This document shows positions 21,558 through 31,732 of a stretch of DNA of 64,000 nucleotides, one piece after another. The notes below the pieces were generated by a model that was not told the DNA's origin, made no database searches, and was given only the letters and a program-made list of their open reading frames with translations. The stretch is from a bacterium (GTDB lineage Bacteria; UBA8248), in assembly GCA_965261085.1 (NCBI GenBank), contig OZ253442.1, positions 1,152,001-1,216,000 on the forward strand. Reading direction: 5' to 3'. The translations under genes were made by a program, and so were the position numbers. The stretch's first letter is position 1; the number at the start of each line of letters is the position of its first letter.

Positions 21558-21920
21558 ATGCGGAATGACAATCCATCCGGCGGAACCGGCCGGCGCGCCC
21601 GCGCCCTCGTCCTCGGGGGACCCCTCCTCGCGTTTCTCTTCACCCTCTTCGTCCTCACGACCGGGAGCGGGTTCCATCTGATCGTCGGCGTCTGGTTCTG
21701 GGCCGTTCTCTGGACCTTCTCCTCCGCGCTCATGGGCGTCCTGTGGCGGGGAATCCGCCATGGGGACTGGTCCGCCTTCCGCCGCTACGAGTTCCCCGAA
21801 GATGACGGCGAGCGGTTCGATTGGTCGACCCGGACCGGCCGCTACGCCTGGCGCCGGGATTACGAGGAGGGAGGTCTTAACGAGGAAGGGGGTTTTCACG
21901 ATCACGGCCCCATCACCTGA
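21558..21920 (+). CDS. small two-TM membrane protein, candidate entry-exclusion factor
   Basis: two hydrophobic segments, GAGG RBS, convergent with and overlapping the traG end (as eex in SXT/R391). Confidence 0.55.
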   Translation: MRNDNPSGGTGRRARALVLGGPLLAFLFTLFVLTTGSGFHLIVGVWFWAVLWTFSSALMGVLWRGIRHGDWSAFRRYEFPEDDGERFDWSTRTGRYAWRRDYEEGGLNEEGGFHDHGPIT

Positions 21921-24823
21921 TCGCCCGAGAAAGCGCTTCCGGCTTCGCGCTCTTTCCTCTCGTCCTGCTCCTTCCCCTCGGGTCCGGGCGCCGCGTTCCG
22001 TGCGGTGCCGTAGAGTTTCCCCCCCAGCCATTCCCCGATGAACGGGACTTCCTCCGTGGCATGCTCGACAAAGGGCTTGTCGGCCTCCGCCGCGACTTTC
22101 ACGTTGCCTCGTCCGATGCGCCCCCCCGTGACTCCCGTCCGGGCCTCGCGTCCCGCTTCGCGGATATCGAGTTCGGTCTCGATCTCGGCGCGCCCGCGCG
22201 CAGCCCGCTTACCGGCGTCGCCCGGCCCGGGCGTACCGGCGCCCCGCGCCCGCTCGCGCACCGAGTCCGACCAGCCCTCCCAGGCCGCCGCGGTCCCGCT
22301 CACGCCGGACTCTTTCAGTCCCTCGCGCGCCCGTTCGTAACCTGCCGGCCCCGGGGCCGGGCGCACCCCCTCGGGCGCCGGGAAGCGCTCCGCGATGAAG
22401 GCGGCGGCGTGCGCGCGCAACACTTCCGCGTCTTCCGCCGTCTGGGGCGAGGCGAGTCGCATGGCGCCCGACGCCCCGATCTCGCGCCCGTCCGCGCCGG
22501 TACGCGCGCTCAGCCAGGCGAAGAAGGGCTGGCCGAGTTCGCTGTCGACCGCCTGGGAGCTGCCGCGCACCTGGGCCGCCTGGGTGCTCCAGTTCTCCGC
22601 TTCGCGGCGGCTCACCGCTTCTTGCTCGCCGAAGCGGCGCAGCCTCGTCATGTTGGCGCCCAGACTCTCATCCAGGCTCTTGAGTTCGCTCTCCCCCGAG
22701 GCGGTGGAATAGCGCCTCGATGCCTCGGCGGCCCGGGACCAGTGGTCGAGCAACTGGTTCTGCTCGGCGTAGTCGGTCATGCGGTTCCAGGCTTCGCGCC
22801 CGAAGGTCTGGCCCCTCCAGCTCGCCGACCCGTCGGCGCCGAACTTCACGATGAAGTCGAACCCGCCTCCCAGCCTGGCCTCGCCCGTGAGGACGGCGGC
22901 CTGCTCCTTCGAGATGCCGCCGGCTTGGGAGAGTTTTTCGAAGTGGGACTCGAGGCTCTGCGCGCTCAGGCTCTCGTTTTCCGTCACCCCCCTCGCATGG
23001 GTGAGGCCGGTTCGCACGTCCCGGGAAAAACGCTCGACCATGGCGGCGGAATCGGTCGCCGCGGCGGTTCGCGCCGTAGCGGCCTCGGCCGACCAGTGAC
23101 GGGCCTGCTCCAGGGCCGTGCCCGCCCGGTTCTCGTGGCTTGCCGCGAGGGATTCGGAGAGCCTGACGCCCGCCGCGGGGATGCGGCTGGTGGCGGAGCC
23201 TGCGTCCATCACCGCGGCGCCCTCTCCGGTCACGGTATAGGCCGCGCCCCCCGGGGCGAAGCCCGTGTAGCGGTCCGTGTCGACGTGCGCCGAAGTGCGG
23301 AGCTGGTGTCCCTCGAGCGATGCGAAGCGGTGCGTGTCTCCTTGCGTGTTGGCGAGCGAGATGTTGCCCGTCGTACCTTCCTGCGCGGCCGATGAGGCCG
23401 CGTCCTGGCCGACCGAGAGCACCGAGGTCGCGAGGCTGGTCGCCCGGCCCACCCCGTAGGCGAGCGCCGCGGCGAGGAAGGGCACCGACATCGAGAGGTA
23501 GCCCGACATCACCGCCACGTCGGCGGCCACGGCCCGGATCCCCGCCTGGGCCACGAGCGAGACGCCGATATCCCCACCCGGCATGAGCGCACCCGCGCCC
23601 ATACGCTCGGCGGCTTCGCCCATGGCGATGCGGTGCAGGACAGCGTAGAGCGGACCCCAGCTCTGCAACCAGACGAGTCCCGCGAAGTAGGAGCGGAATA
23701 TCCCTTCGCCCGCGGGCGTCAGCATCAACAGGACCGCCATCGGGAAAGCGCCGACGTAGAGGCACTCGAACACGATGCGAAGCATCGGGACCCACGTCTC
23801 CGCCTGTCTGCCGATGGCCCGGTAGGCCGAGACGGTCTGGGCCTCCGCCCTGGCCTCAGTATAGGCCCTGAGCGCGGCGGCGTTTCCGGCTTCGGCGCTC
23901 CATTGCTCACCCGCGCCGTGGACGGCGTTCAGCACCATCTGCTGGCGTAGGATATCGGCCGCGGTCCTCGAAGCCCCGATCAGGTAGTCGTGGGCGGCGG
24001 GCAGCGCGGCCAGCAGTTCGGCCCTCGCCAGCGCCTCGCTCGCCGCTCCGGGGAAGAGTCTACGCCCGAAGATTGCGGAGGCCCTCGCGATCTCCGCCCC
24101 CCAGAGCGCGCCCATTCGCGAGGCGGCTTCGGCGCAGGTCACGATCTCGCGTGTGAGCGGCGTGGCGCCCGTGCCCGCCGGTGCGTCGCGGGTCGCGTAT
24201 TCGACCATGCGCGCGGGCGAGGCCCCGGCCGAGGGTGAGCCCGAAGCGGTGACGAGCGCCCAGAGGTCCGTACTCTCGCGCAGGTCGTCGGCCGATATGT
24301 GGCCCAGCAGCAGGGCGTGGAACACGCACTGCCGCGCATAGGCCCGGAGGTTCCGGGCGAAGACGGCGTCGGTCACCTCCATCCGGGTCGCGGCGGCCGC
24401 GAGCCTGGCGCCGAAGATGAAGCCGTGGCGGCGGTAGGCCAGGTCGTCAGGCAGGGAGAAGGCCTGTTCGGTCAGCCGCGTGAGCCCGTCCCCCACCCGG
24501 CTCGTGAGCGAGGCGAAGAGCGCGAGACCGAGCGGCACGTTCGCCACGACCGCGGGCGCGAGCGCAGGGTCCAGCCTGTCCACCACCCGCACGGTCGCCT
24601 TGGGGACCACCATCGCGCCCCAGACGGCTGTGAAGAGCAGCAGCCACTTCGCGTTGTCCTTCCACGACCCGCCGAAGGCGGTGCGGAAGAGCACCCAGGC
24701 GAGCCCGCAGACGCCGGCGATCCGGGCCAGCGTCACGAAGGCCCCGCCGCCGGTGATCGCGGCGACCGCGTTCAGGAGATCGACGAGGTAGGTCCCGCCG
24801 CCCAGGGTGAAGAGTTCGTACAT
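21902..24823 (-). CDS. traG: mating-pair stabilisation protein TraG
   Basis: multi-TM N-terminus, VANVPLGLALFASLTS, WLQSWGPLYAVLH; follows traH. Confidence 0.93.
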   Translation of the reverse strand: MYELFTLGGGTYLVDLLNAVAAITGGGAFVTLARIAGVCGLAWVLFRTAFGGSWKDNAKWLLLFTAVWGAMVVPKATVRVVDRLDPALAPAVVANVPLGLALFASLTSRVGDGLTRLTEQAFSLPDDLAYRRHGFIFGARLAAAATRMEVTDAVFARNLRAYARQCVFHALLLGHISADDLRESTDLWALVTASGSPSAGASPARMVEYATRDAPAGTGATPLTREIVTCAEAASRMGALWGAEIARASAIFGRRLFPGAASEALARAELLAALPAAHDYLIGASRTAADILRQQMVLNAVHGAGEQWSAEAGNAAALRAYTEARAEAQTVSAYRAIGRQAETWVPMLRIVFECLYVGAFPMAVLLMLTPAGEGIFRSYFAGLVWLQSWGPLYAVLHRIAMGEAAERMGAGALMPGGDIGVSLVAQAGIRAVAADVAVMSGYLSMSVPFLAAALAYGVGRATSLATSVLSVGQDAASSAAQEGTTGNISLANTQGDTHRFASLEGHQLRTSAHVDTDRYTGFAPGGAAYTVTGEGAAVMDAGSATSRIPAAGVRLSESLAASHENRAGTALEQARHWSAEAATARTAAATDSAAMVERFSRDVRTGLTHARGVTENESLSAQSLESHFEKLSQAGGISKEQAAVLTGEARLGGGFDFIVKFGADGSASWRGQTFGREAWNRMTDYAEQNQLLDHWSRAAEASRRYSTASGESELKSLDESLGANMTRLRRFGEQEAVSRREAENWSTQAAQVRGSSQAVDSELGQPFFAWLSARTGADGREIGASGAMRLASPQTAEDAEVLRAHAAAFIAERFPAPEGVRPAPGPAGYERAREGLKESGVSGTAAAWEGWSDSVRERARGAGTPGPGDAGKRAARGRAEIETELDIREAGREARTGVTGGRIGRGNVKVAAEADKPFVEHATEEVPFIGEWLGGKLYGTARNAAPGPEGKEQDERKEREAGSAFSGDQVMGP

Positions 24824-24846
24824 GGCTGTTTATCCCTGCTACGGCG

Positions 24847-26259
24847 CTACCGGGCGCCGGCCGCGCCGCGGGAGAAGGCGAGCGCCGCGCGGAGTTCGGC
24901 CGAGAGCGCGCCCGCGAGTTCGGTCTCGATGAGCCTTAGTTTCTCGACCACGGCGAGGGCGGTGTTGAATCGCGCAAGTCCCTCGTGGCGGTGGCGAGCG
25001 AGCGCGGTCCGGTTCCTGCGCAGCCCCTCGCGCCAGCGCGAGAGCCGCTCTCCGTCGGCGACGTCGAGTGCGCCCGCGCGTTCCTCGACCGTGCGGTGTA
25101 AGTCCGATATCCAGACCTGGAGCACGTCGAGCGCCACCGCCTCGGCCAAGGCGTCCACCTCCTGTTCCACCACGGCGCCGCGGTAGGCGGCGGCGGTGTT
25201 CACGATCCGGTAGACCGGAAGCGTCGTCAGGTTGACGAGTCCCAGGGCGTCGGCCGGGGGCGCCGTGTCGGCCCGCACCGCGTCGACGAGGCGGCGGAGC
25301 AGTTCCGCGACCCGGTTCCTGAAGCCCCGCGCCGCGGGCACGGTGAGCCTCCCGAGGACGGGGTTGAGACACTCGGTCGAAGTGTCGCAGCGGTATACGG
25401 GCAAGTCGCCGCCTCCTTCCATCAGGATCTCGGTCACGCGGCGGTCGAGCGCCAGGGGTTCCAGCACGCGCACCCGGGGACCGGAAGGGTCGGAGTCCGA
25501 TACCGGGGCGGTCACGATCACGCTCCCCGATACCGACATGGCGAATTCACCCAGGTCGCGGTCGGACGCCAGGAAGCCCGAGGCGCGCACCGCGCGCCAG
25601 GCGTAGTTCACGTTGACCGGCGCCTGGTCCCTGAGCGCCCCCGCTGCCGCGGCCAGGGTCGAGTGGCGTTTCCCGTCCGCGCCGCAGCCGTGGCGCGCGG
25701 CGGCGTAATCGGAAAAAATGCCCTGCCGCGTCCCGACCGCGGCGCAGATCGCGGCGCTCGCCCGGTCGTTCTTCGACCAGACCGCGCCGACGAGAGCCTG
25801 GGCCGTCTCGCAGGAATCGAGGTTCCGGTTGTTCACCCACTGGGCGAGGGCCCTCAGCTTCGACATGGTCTCTGCGATCACGGGCGAGATGGTCTCGAGG
25901 GCGAGTTCGAAGGCGAAGCCCGCTGCGTTCTGTGCGACGGCGCGGGCGAAGGCGATCATCTGGTCGGAATCGATGAAGGAAAATGCGCCGGCGAACGCGT
26001 CGATGCCGCCGCAACCGGCGCGGTAGGAGGGCAGGCTCACCGTGGCGATGGACTCGGAGCGAACCGGCGCGCGCAGGTAGAGGTTGCCGAGCGTCCAGTG
26101 GCCCGAGGCCTGTCCGTCGAAGGCGGTGGGTCCGGTGGTGTTCACCGCCGCGCCCCGCCAGAAGTTCTCCATCTCCGACATCACGTCCGCGTGCGCGGGC
26201 GCGGCGAGAAGGAGCGCGAGGAGCAGGGCCGGCCCCAGGATTTTTCGTCCGGTGGTCAT
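24847..26259 (-). CDS. traH: pilus assembly protein TraH
   Basis: PSYRAGCGGIDAFAGAFSFI, AFELALETISP. Confidence 0.95.
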   Translation of the reverse strand: MTTGRKILGPALLLALLLAAPAHADVMSEMENFWRGAAVNTTGPTAFDGQASGHWTLGNLYLRAPVRSESIATVSLPSYRAGCGGIDAFAGAFSFIDSDQMIAFARAVAQNAAGFAFELALETISPVIAETMSKLRALAQWVNNRNLDSCETAQALVGAVWSKNDRASAAICAAVGTRQGIFSDYAAARHGCGADGKRHSTLAAAAGALRDQAPVNVNYAWRAVRASGFLASDRDLGEFAMSVSGSVIVTAPVSDSDPSGPRVRVLEPLALDRRVTEILMEGGGDLPVYRCDTSTECLNPVLGRLTVPAARGFRNRVAELLRRLVDAVRADTAPPADALGLVNLTTLPVYRIVNTAAAYRGAVVEQEVDALAEAVALDVLQVWISDLHRTVEERAGALDVADGERLSRWREGLRRNRTALARHRHEGLARFNTALAVVEKLRLIETELAGALSAELRAALAFSRGAAGAR

Positions 26260-26263
26260 CCGT

Positions 26264-27061
26264 CTAGTAGTCACTTCCGACCTCCCTTGCGGTAAGCGTG
26301 AAGATGCGCTCGGCCAACTGGTCCTCGGCGACGACGCCGTATGCGACCGGAAGCGTCCGCTTGGTCCGCGTATCGTATAAGACCACGGTGGGCAATACCG
26401 GGGCCTGGATCCCCATCCGCGCGGCGCGGCCCTGATCGGGCACCGCCTCCGGCCAGCCCGCAAGCGGTCCGCCCGTCATCGAGACCGCGAGCACCTCTAT
26501 CCCGTGACGAAGCGCGAAGGCGCGAAGCAGCGGTCCGAATACGCGGCACGCGGGACACCGCTCCGAGCCCAGGTAGATCAGGCCGTAGCGCTCACCGAGT
26601 CTGGCCAGTGCGCCCTCGCGCTCGGCCCGGCGCTCATCCGACCAGAGTTTTTTGGCGAGCGCGCCCACCGGACGTTTTAGGGTGTAATCGAGAGCCGGAT
26701 TCGCCCAGACCGTACGGCGGAAGGCGTCCGAAAACGACGCGGCGCTTTGCAGGGCTTTCTGCTGGAGAGCCAAGTAGGCCGTGACGTTCTCTGTGCTCGG
26801 TTCCAGGATCGCACGCGCGCGGGCCTCTTCCAGCGCCCGGCGGGTCGAGAGAATGCGTTCGGTGGCGCTCGGTGTTTGCGCGGGCCGTGGCGCCTGCGCC
26901 TCATCTTCCGTCGTTTCATCGCGGTCGCAATAGAAGTGCCAGCCGAGCGGGGAACCGGCATCGGGCGTACCGCACCACGAGCGCCATTCCCGCGCCTCCG
27001 CGGGCAGGACGGAGAGAACGGAGAGCAGGCAGGCGAGTATGAATGCGTATGAGCTGATCAT
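26264..27061 (-). CDS. traF: TraF (thioredoxin-like) pilus assembly protein
   Basis: LGWHFYC, ARARAILEPS, CPAC motif. Confidence 0.93.
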   Translation of the reverse strand: MISSYAFILACLLSVLSVLPAEAREWRSWCGTPDAGSPLGWHFYCDRDETTEDEAQAPRPAQTPSATERILSTRRALEEARARAILEPSTENVTAYLALQQKALQSAASFSDAFRRTVWANPALDYTLKRPVGALAKKLWSDERRAEREGALARLGERYGLIYLGSERCPACRVFGPLLRAFALRHGIEVLAVSMTGGPLAGWPEAVPDQGRAARMGIQAPVLPTVVLYDTRTKRTLPVAYGVVAEDQLAERIFTLTAREVGSDY

Positions 27062-27070
27062 GGTCGTCCC

Positions 27071-28147
27071 TCACTTGTTCCTGTCGTAAAAATCGCGGAT
27101 GCGCGCGCGCATGGCATTGCCGGTTTCGTCGGCTTCGGGAAGCGCGATCGAGGGCGCACTCGACCCGTCTACGATGTTCTCGGTGAACTCCGACAGGTCC
27201 ACGGCCTCGAAGTCGATCCGCTCCATCTCATCGACCGTGAAGCCCCGGCAACTCCCCCAGCCGAGTCCGAGCTGTCCCCGCGTCGCCTCCTGCAGGATGC
27301 GCCCGAGCTTGGAACCGAAGACGCACCAGACACGCTCCCGGCGGATGCAGACGCCGAATATCCGCTTCGCGCACCGCGTTCCGAGGTAGTGCGTATTCCC
27401 GGCATGGCGCTCCTGGGCTAAAAGGCGCTCCCCCTCGGTGCACTCGGCCAGGTCGATGAGTAGACCCGAGTCCTTGCAGCAATCGGCCAGCCCGCCCCAT
27501 CGGATCCGGCACGAGCGGCGCTCGCCGCGGAAAAACCTCAGATTCTCGCGGTCGAATTCCTCCCCGCCCATCTCCATCACCATGTTGAGCCGGGCCGTTG
27601 CGCCGATGAACCCGGTGTTGGCCTGTGGGGTCGTGGTTTCACATCCCGCGCCGGCGCACCAGGAGACCGATCCGCAAGGGCCGCCCGTTTCCGCCTGCGC
27701 GAGGCCGGCGGCGCAGTTCGCGACGGACCCCGACGCCAGGCCCGAGGCGCCGAAGCGCGAAGCTTTCGGGTCGCCCTGGATTTCCTCCCCGCGCACCGGG
27801 ATCGGGTCATCCGCCCTGACGGACGCGTCCGGACGCCCGGTAACACCCTCGATCACGGCGCGTCCGGCCTTTCCGCCAGGATCGGTGGGATCCGTCAAGA
27901 CCCGGTTCGCTGCGGATTCCAGCTCGGCTGCGCCGATGCCTCTTTCGGGCGGGTTCGTTCCTGCGTAACCCGGAACGCGGGCGGTCGAAGCGGGGTCCCT
28001 CGCGACGGCGGCGGCGGCCGCCCGTCCCGCATCGCCAATCGCGCGGGCAGCCGCCTTTGGGTCTTCGGCACGGGCGTTGCCGGCCGACAGGTACGCGAGG
28101 AGCACGAGGGCCGGGGCGACGGCCCGCATCCATAGTTTCCGCTTCAT
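27071..28147 (-). CDS. traN: TraN (short form)
   Basis: Cys-rich C-terminus DCCKD, HYLGTRC, CVFGSKLGRILQE, CRGFT..E...IDF. Confidence 0.9.
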   Translation of the reverse strand: MKRKLWMRAVAPALVLLAYLSAGNARAEDPKAAARAIGDAGRAAAAAVARDPASTARVPGYAGTNPPERGIGAAELESAANRVLTDPTDPGGKAGRAVIEGVTGRPDASVRADDPIPVRGEEIQGDPKASRFGASGLASGSVANCAAGLAQAETGGPCGSVSWCAGAGCETTTPQANTGFIGATARLNMVMEMGGEEFDRENLRFFRGERRSCRIRWGGLADCCKDSGLLIDLAECTEGERLLAQERHAGNTHYLGTRCAKRIFGVCIRRERVWCVFGSKLGRILQEATRGQLGLGWGSCRGFTVDEMERIDFEAVDLSEFTENIVDGSSAPSIALPEADETGNAMRARIRDFYDRNK

Positions 28148-28857
28148 GGAGAATCTCCTCTGAGCTTTGCGAGATGACGGCGCGCCGTCTCGCGGCCCGG
28201 CCCGCCCTCTTCAGCGATGATCGAAAGCGCCGCTTCAAGGCCGATGTTCCCACTAATACGGTCATGGGGCGGCGGCGGGTCCGCTGCGCAGCCACGGCTC
28301 TTACAGGGCGGGACCCCGCCCGGGACCACGGCGACGGCGGGGATCGCGGTGATACCGAAGAGGCGGAACAGGCGCGGGTCGATCGCGGCGCCTGCGCCTT
28401 CCGCAAGATACGCCCCGATACGCTTGACCGTGGCCTTGAGTCCTTGGGGGCCAAGTCCGCGCAGGACCAGCGGCGCGCCGATTCGCGCCGCCTCCAGGCT
28501 CCATTCACGCCGGCTCGCAGCGGGGGCCGAGAGGCTCATGAAGACGATGACCTCGGAGCCACGGGGACGCGTGGTGAGGCCGTCGGCAACGCGACCGGCA
28601 TGGCCCTCGGCCGGGAGGGGAATGGGGGTTTGAGAGGGATTTTCCCCTGCGCGCCTGAGCGCGCGCTTAATCACCGACCGTGACCAGGCGCTAAGATCGC
28701 CTGCAGGCGATTTTTTCGTTTTCCGTAATACCCCTTCCACCATCTCGCGCGCTGCTTTTTCATTGCTTTCCTGCGCCGGGACCGGAGTGGCCCACGCCGT
28801 GAGGAGGAGGGTGCAGGAAAGCGCCATGACAGTCTTATGAATCACTTTGCAGCCCAT
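28144..28857 (-). CDS. trbC: F-type pilin assembly protein TrbC
   Basis: VFMSLS, LVLRG, IDPRLFRLFGITAIPA, ISGNIGLEAAL. Confidence 0.9.
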   Translation of the reverse strand: MGCKVIHKTVMALSCTLLLTAWATPVPAQESNEKAAREMVEGVLRKTKKSPAGDLSAWSRSVIKRALRRAGENPSQTPIPLPAEGHAGRVADGLTTRPRGSEVIVFMSLSAPAASRREWSLEAARIGAPLVLRGLGPQGLKATVKRIGAYLAEGAGAAIDPRLFRLFGITAIPAVAVVPGGVPPCKSRGCAADPPPPHDRISGNIGLEAALSIIAEEGGPGRETARRHLAKLRGDSP

Positions 28858-28868
28858 TATCAATTTCC

Positions 28869-29870
28869 TTAGAGGAGACAGCAGTTGCGCTTGCGCCAGA
28901 GCAGGTACCCGAAATTCTCCCCCGCCACGGGCAACTCGCGCAGCGCTTCCCACAGCACTGTGGAGCGGCCCGTCGGGTTGCAGCCCGTGAGGGGTGACGT
29001 GGCGGGAACCGGCTGGGTCATCTGCCAGCGGTATTGCGATTTCTTCATGATCGGCATGGGATAGCGCCCACACAGCGCCGCAGTCCCCGAGGTGCCCCAG
29101 GCGAGCAGCAGCCTGTGGAGGCGGAACACGAGCCTTTGGGCCGCGAGCAGCGAGGCCTGCACTCCTCCCACGTGGGCGCCCACGTTCCCGGTCAGGGGAT
29201 ACATCCCGCCCTGACAGCCCGCGCACCAGTACAGGGGATCGATCGGCAGGCCCGCAGACGCCGCCGCGCAATCGGCGGCGCAGGCCGCCTGGGCCGGCAG
29301 GTCGGCGAAGAGCGCGGCCTCGGGGTTCAGCAGGAAGGAGAGTTCATCGTCGCGCCAGGCGGGGTCGAGCTCCGAAACCCAGGCGATGTCGAGCCCGCCG
29401 CCTTCCAGGCAGCCCAAGTCGAGCAGCGCTCCGATCCACGAGAGAAGCGGGTAGACGTAGTAGTGGGCGTGCCAGGTGGAACCCTGCGCGCCGTCTCCGC
29501 TTGAAGAACCCGTTCGCCCGCGTCCGGCGGGCAGGCCTGAGTCGATGGTCATGCCGCCGAGATTCGGGAAACACCAGGGCGCGCGGCTCGCGTCTACCAG
29601 CCGCGCCGGCTCCCACATCCCGAGCGAGAGCCCGATCCGGGGGATGGGCTTTCCGCAGAAGCATATCGGAGAACCCGGGTTGGGCGTGTCCGGCGCGCCC
29701 GAGGCTGAGCCCATCCGGATCGGCCCGATCGATATCGGGAACAGACACTCCCAGCACACGTCAGTCACGGGGTTCACGAAACGCCCGGTGCACGATTGCG
29801 CGGACGCGTGACCGGCGGGCAGGACGCAGGCGAGGAGGATGATTAGAATGAAAAAAATCCGGTGTTTCAT
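28869..29870 (-). CDS. traU: TraU
   Basis: CTGRFVNPVTDVCWECLFPISIG; WRKRNCC. Confidence 0.96.
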   Translation of the reverse strand: MKHRIFFILIILLACVLPAGHASAQSCTGRFVNPVTDVCWECLFPISIGPIRMGSASGAPDTPNPGSPICFCGKPIPRIGLSLGMWEPARLVDASRAPWCFPNLGGMTIDSGLPAGRGRTGSSSGDGAQGSTWHAHYYVYPLLSWIGALLDLGCLEGGGLDIAWVSELDPAWRDDELSFLLNPEAALFADLPAQAACAADCAAASAGLPIDPLYWCAGCQGGMYPLTGNVGAHVGGVQASLLAAQRLVFRLHRLLLAWGTSGTAALCGRYPMPIMKKSQYRWQMTQPVPATSPLTGCNPTGRSTVLWEALRELPVAGENFGYLLWRKRNCCLL

Positions 29871-30538
29871 GGCCGGTCTCCTTCGCCCAGGGGATCCGGT
29901 TTGTCTTCGAGAGGCACTTCCGTGATTTTCAGGGTCGATCCCGCAGCCGCGACCACGGACGGCGTGGCGAGAAGCCCCAGGCGCCCCGTGAGCCGACCGC
30001 CCTGATCGTAAAAGAACGCCCGGCCGCGGGTACGGGCCAGTTCCAGCGGACGGCCCGCGAGCAAAACGATCACCGAGGGATTTTCGTGGCGAAGCGCCCA
30101 GGCGACCTCGACAGGACGGGTCCCGTCGATGAACAGGAGATCGCGGGTCAGGGGATGCGTCGAAAGCGGATTGACCCGCGCGCCGCGCGCCGCGAGCAGG
30201 GTCCCGTCCGCCGCCCGGACGTCTTCTTCAAGCGTGACGGAAGGATCGAACAGACGGGTGCGGCGGACACGCGCGGGGAGGATGTCCGAGACGCGGGGAG
30301 GCGCCTCGACGCGCTCCCTGACCCGGGCGAGCGCCTCGCGGCGCATGCGGGCGAGTTCGCCCGTAGTTTCCATCGCCTTGAGTCTGGCCTCGATATCGAG
30401 CAGCAGGTCGGGTTCCGTGATGCGCCATACCGCGCCGCGCACGCCGAGATCCTTCGCCGTCACGGCTTCCGCCATGAGCGTCAACGCGAATGCAATCACG
30501 ACGGACAGCAAACGGGATAGTGGAGGACGCCGCCTCAT
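29867..30538 (-). CDS. traW: TraW
   Basis: KDLGVRG.VW.I.EPDLL, FDPS, RVNPL, LLFIDG, YDQGG.LT. Confidence 0.94.
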   Translation of the reverse strand: MRRRPPLSRLLSVVIAFALTLMAEAVTAKDLGVRGAVWRITEPDLLLDIEARLKAMETTGELARMRREALARVRERVEAPPRVSDILPARVRRTRLFDPSVTLEEDVRAADGTLLAARGARVNPLSTHPLTRDLLFIDGTRPVEVAWALRHENPSVIVLLAGRPLELARTRGRAFFYDQGGRLTGRLGLLATPSVVAAAGSTLKITEVPLEDKPDPLGEGDRP

Positions 30539-31089
30539 GGCAGCACCTTTTTTTGACTTGCGAGCGGTCCTTTCAGTCCCAGCCACGGGACGTCGGGAAG
30601 CGCCAGGGCACGGCCCCGGATGCGTTCCAGCGGGATGAGCCCGATCTCCTCATAACGGCTGTCGTGGCTGTCCGCGTGATCGGCGTGGACGTAGTAATGA
30701 TCCTGCGGGATCACTACAGGTTTGATCGCTTCAAGCTCGCGTCCGTTGAGCGCACGCCTCTTCGCGGTCCCGATGAGGGCGCCGTTCAGGCGGATGCGGC
30801 GCTCCGCGTCCACCTCCACCCACTCTCCCGGCAGGCCGCGCACGCGCTTCATGTAGGGGATAGGCGATCCCGCCGCCTCCGGCGGGTCGAAGAGCACGAA
30901 GTCGCCGCGTTTCGGCGCGCCCATGAGCGGCAGCGCGAAATACCCCCACGCCGGATCGGAGGTGCTCGCGTTCACGTGCACGCGCGAGGCCGCCGCGAGC
31001 CACAGTCCGGACAGAACGGCCATACAGACCAGGAACCTGAAGCCCCGGGTGTTGGCGCGTCCCGGCGCCTTGGCGTCGGTAATCATCAT
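30535..31089 (-). CDS. S26 conjugative signal peptidase (TrhF-like)
   Basis: VNASTS, YMKRVRGLPGE, DSHDSRY. Confidence 0.9.
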   Translation of the reverse strand: MMITDAKAPGRANTRGFRFLVCMAVLSGLWLAAASRVHVNASTSDPAWGYFALPLMGAPKRGDFVLFDPPEAAGSPIPYMKRVRGLPGEWVEVDAERRIRLNGALIGTAKRRALNGRELEAIKPVVIPQDHYYVHADHADSHDSRYEEIGLIPLERIRGRALALPDVPWLGLKGPLASQKKVLP

Positions 31090-31469
31090 TTTTTATCCTC
31101 CTTCTTATCCTTCGGGGGATGCGCACGGGGCGGGACCGCGGCCATCGCCGCCTCGACTTCCGCCGTCAGGTCCTTGGCGCCCGCGGCGACCGCGCCCGCC
31201 GTGAGTAGGATGGCTCCGTGGCGAGCCGCCGTCTTTGCGAGCGTCTCTTCCAATCGCCTGGCCCAGGCGCGGGCCGCACCCAAAGCCTCCTCGTTGTTTC
31301 CGCCTTCCCGGAGGGTCCTGGTCACGTAGTCCGCCGTGAGGCTCGATAGACGTACGCTCGCGATACGCGGGACATTTTCGAGGGAGGCCCGCACCGTCAC
31401 TGCCGAGACGGCCGCGGCCACGCCGGCCGCGAGGAGCAGGGAGGCTGCGAACGCCGGGAACCCGCTCAT
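31086..31469 (-). CDS. trbI: TrbI-like protein
   Basis: N-terminal TM, AVAAGAKDLT, position after traC. Confidence 0.8.
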   Translation of the reverse strand: MSGFPAFAASLLLAAGVAAAVSAVTVRASLENVPRIASVRLSSLTADYVTRTLREGGNNEEALGAARAWARRLEETLAKTAARHGAILLTAGAVAAGAKDLTAEVEAAMAAVPPRAHPPKDKKEDKK

Positions 31470-31732
31470 GACCGCTCTCCCGCCGCACGACGCCGCGCAC
31501 TCATCGATATCCATGCCCTGGCGTCGTACCGCCTGAACCAGGCCGTTCCCTCCTCGTCATGGAACATGTAGAGGTAGCGGCCCGCGTAGAGCGGATCGCA
31601 GGGATCGGCCGAGAGCACGCGCGCTGCGATAGCGGCGCGGAACACGCCCTCGGTGTCCTCGAAGACCTGGACGCTCCGCTTCCGTTCAGGCCGCCGCCCG
31701 CGTCCAGGCCGTCGCCTGCGATCAGGCCGCAT
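31466..31732 (-). CDS. hypothetical protein
   Basis: overlaps both neighbours; start uncertain. Confidence 0.5.
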   Translation of the reverse strand: MRPDRRRRPGRGRRPERKRSVQVFEDTEGVFRAAIAARVLSADPCDPLYAGRYLYMFHDEEGTAWFRRYDARAWISMSARRRAAGERS

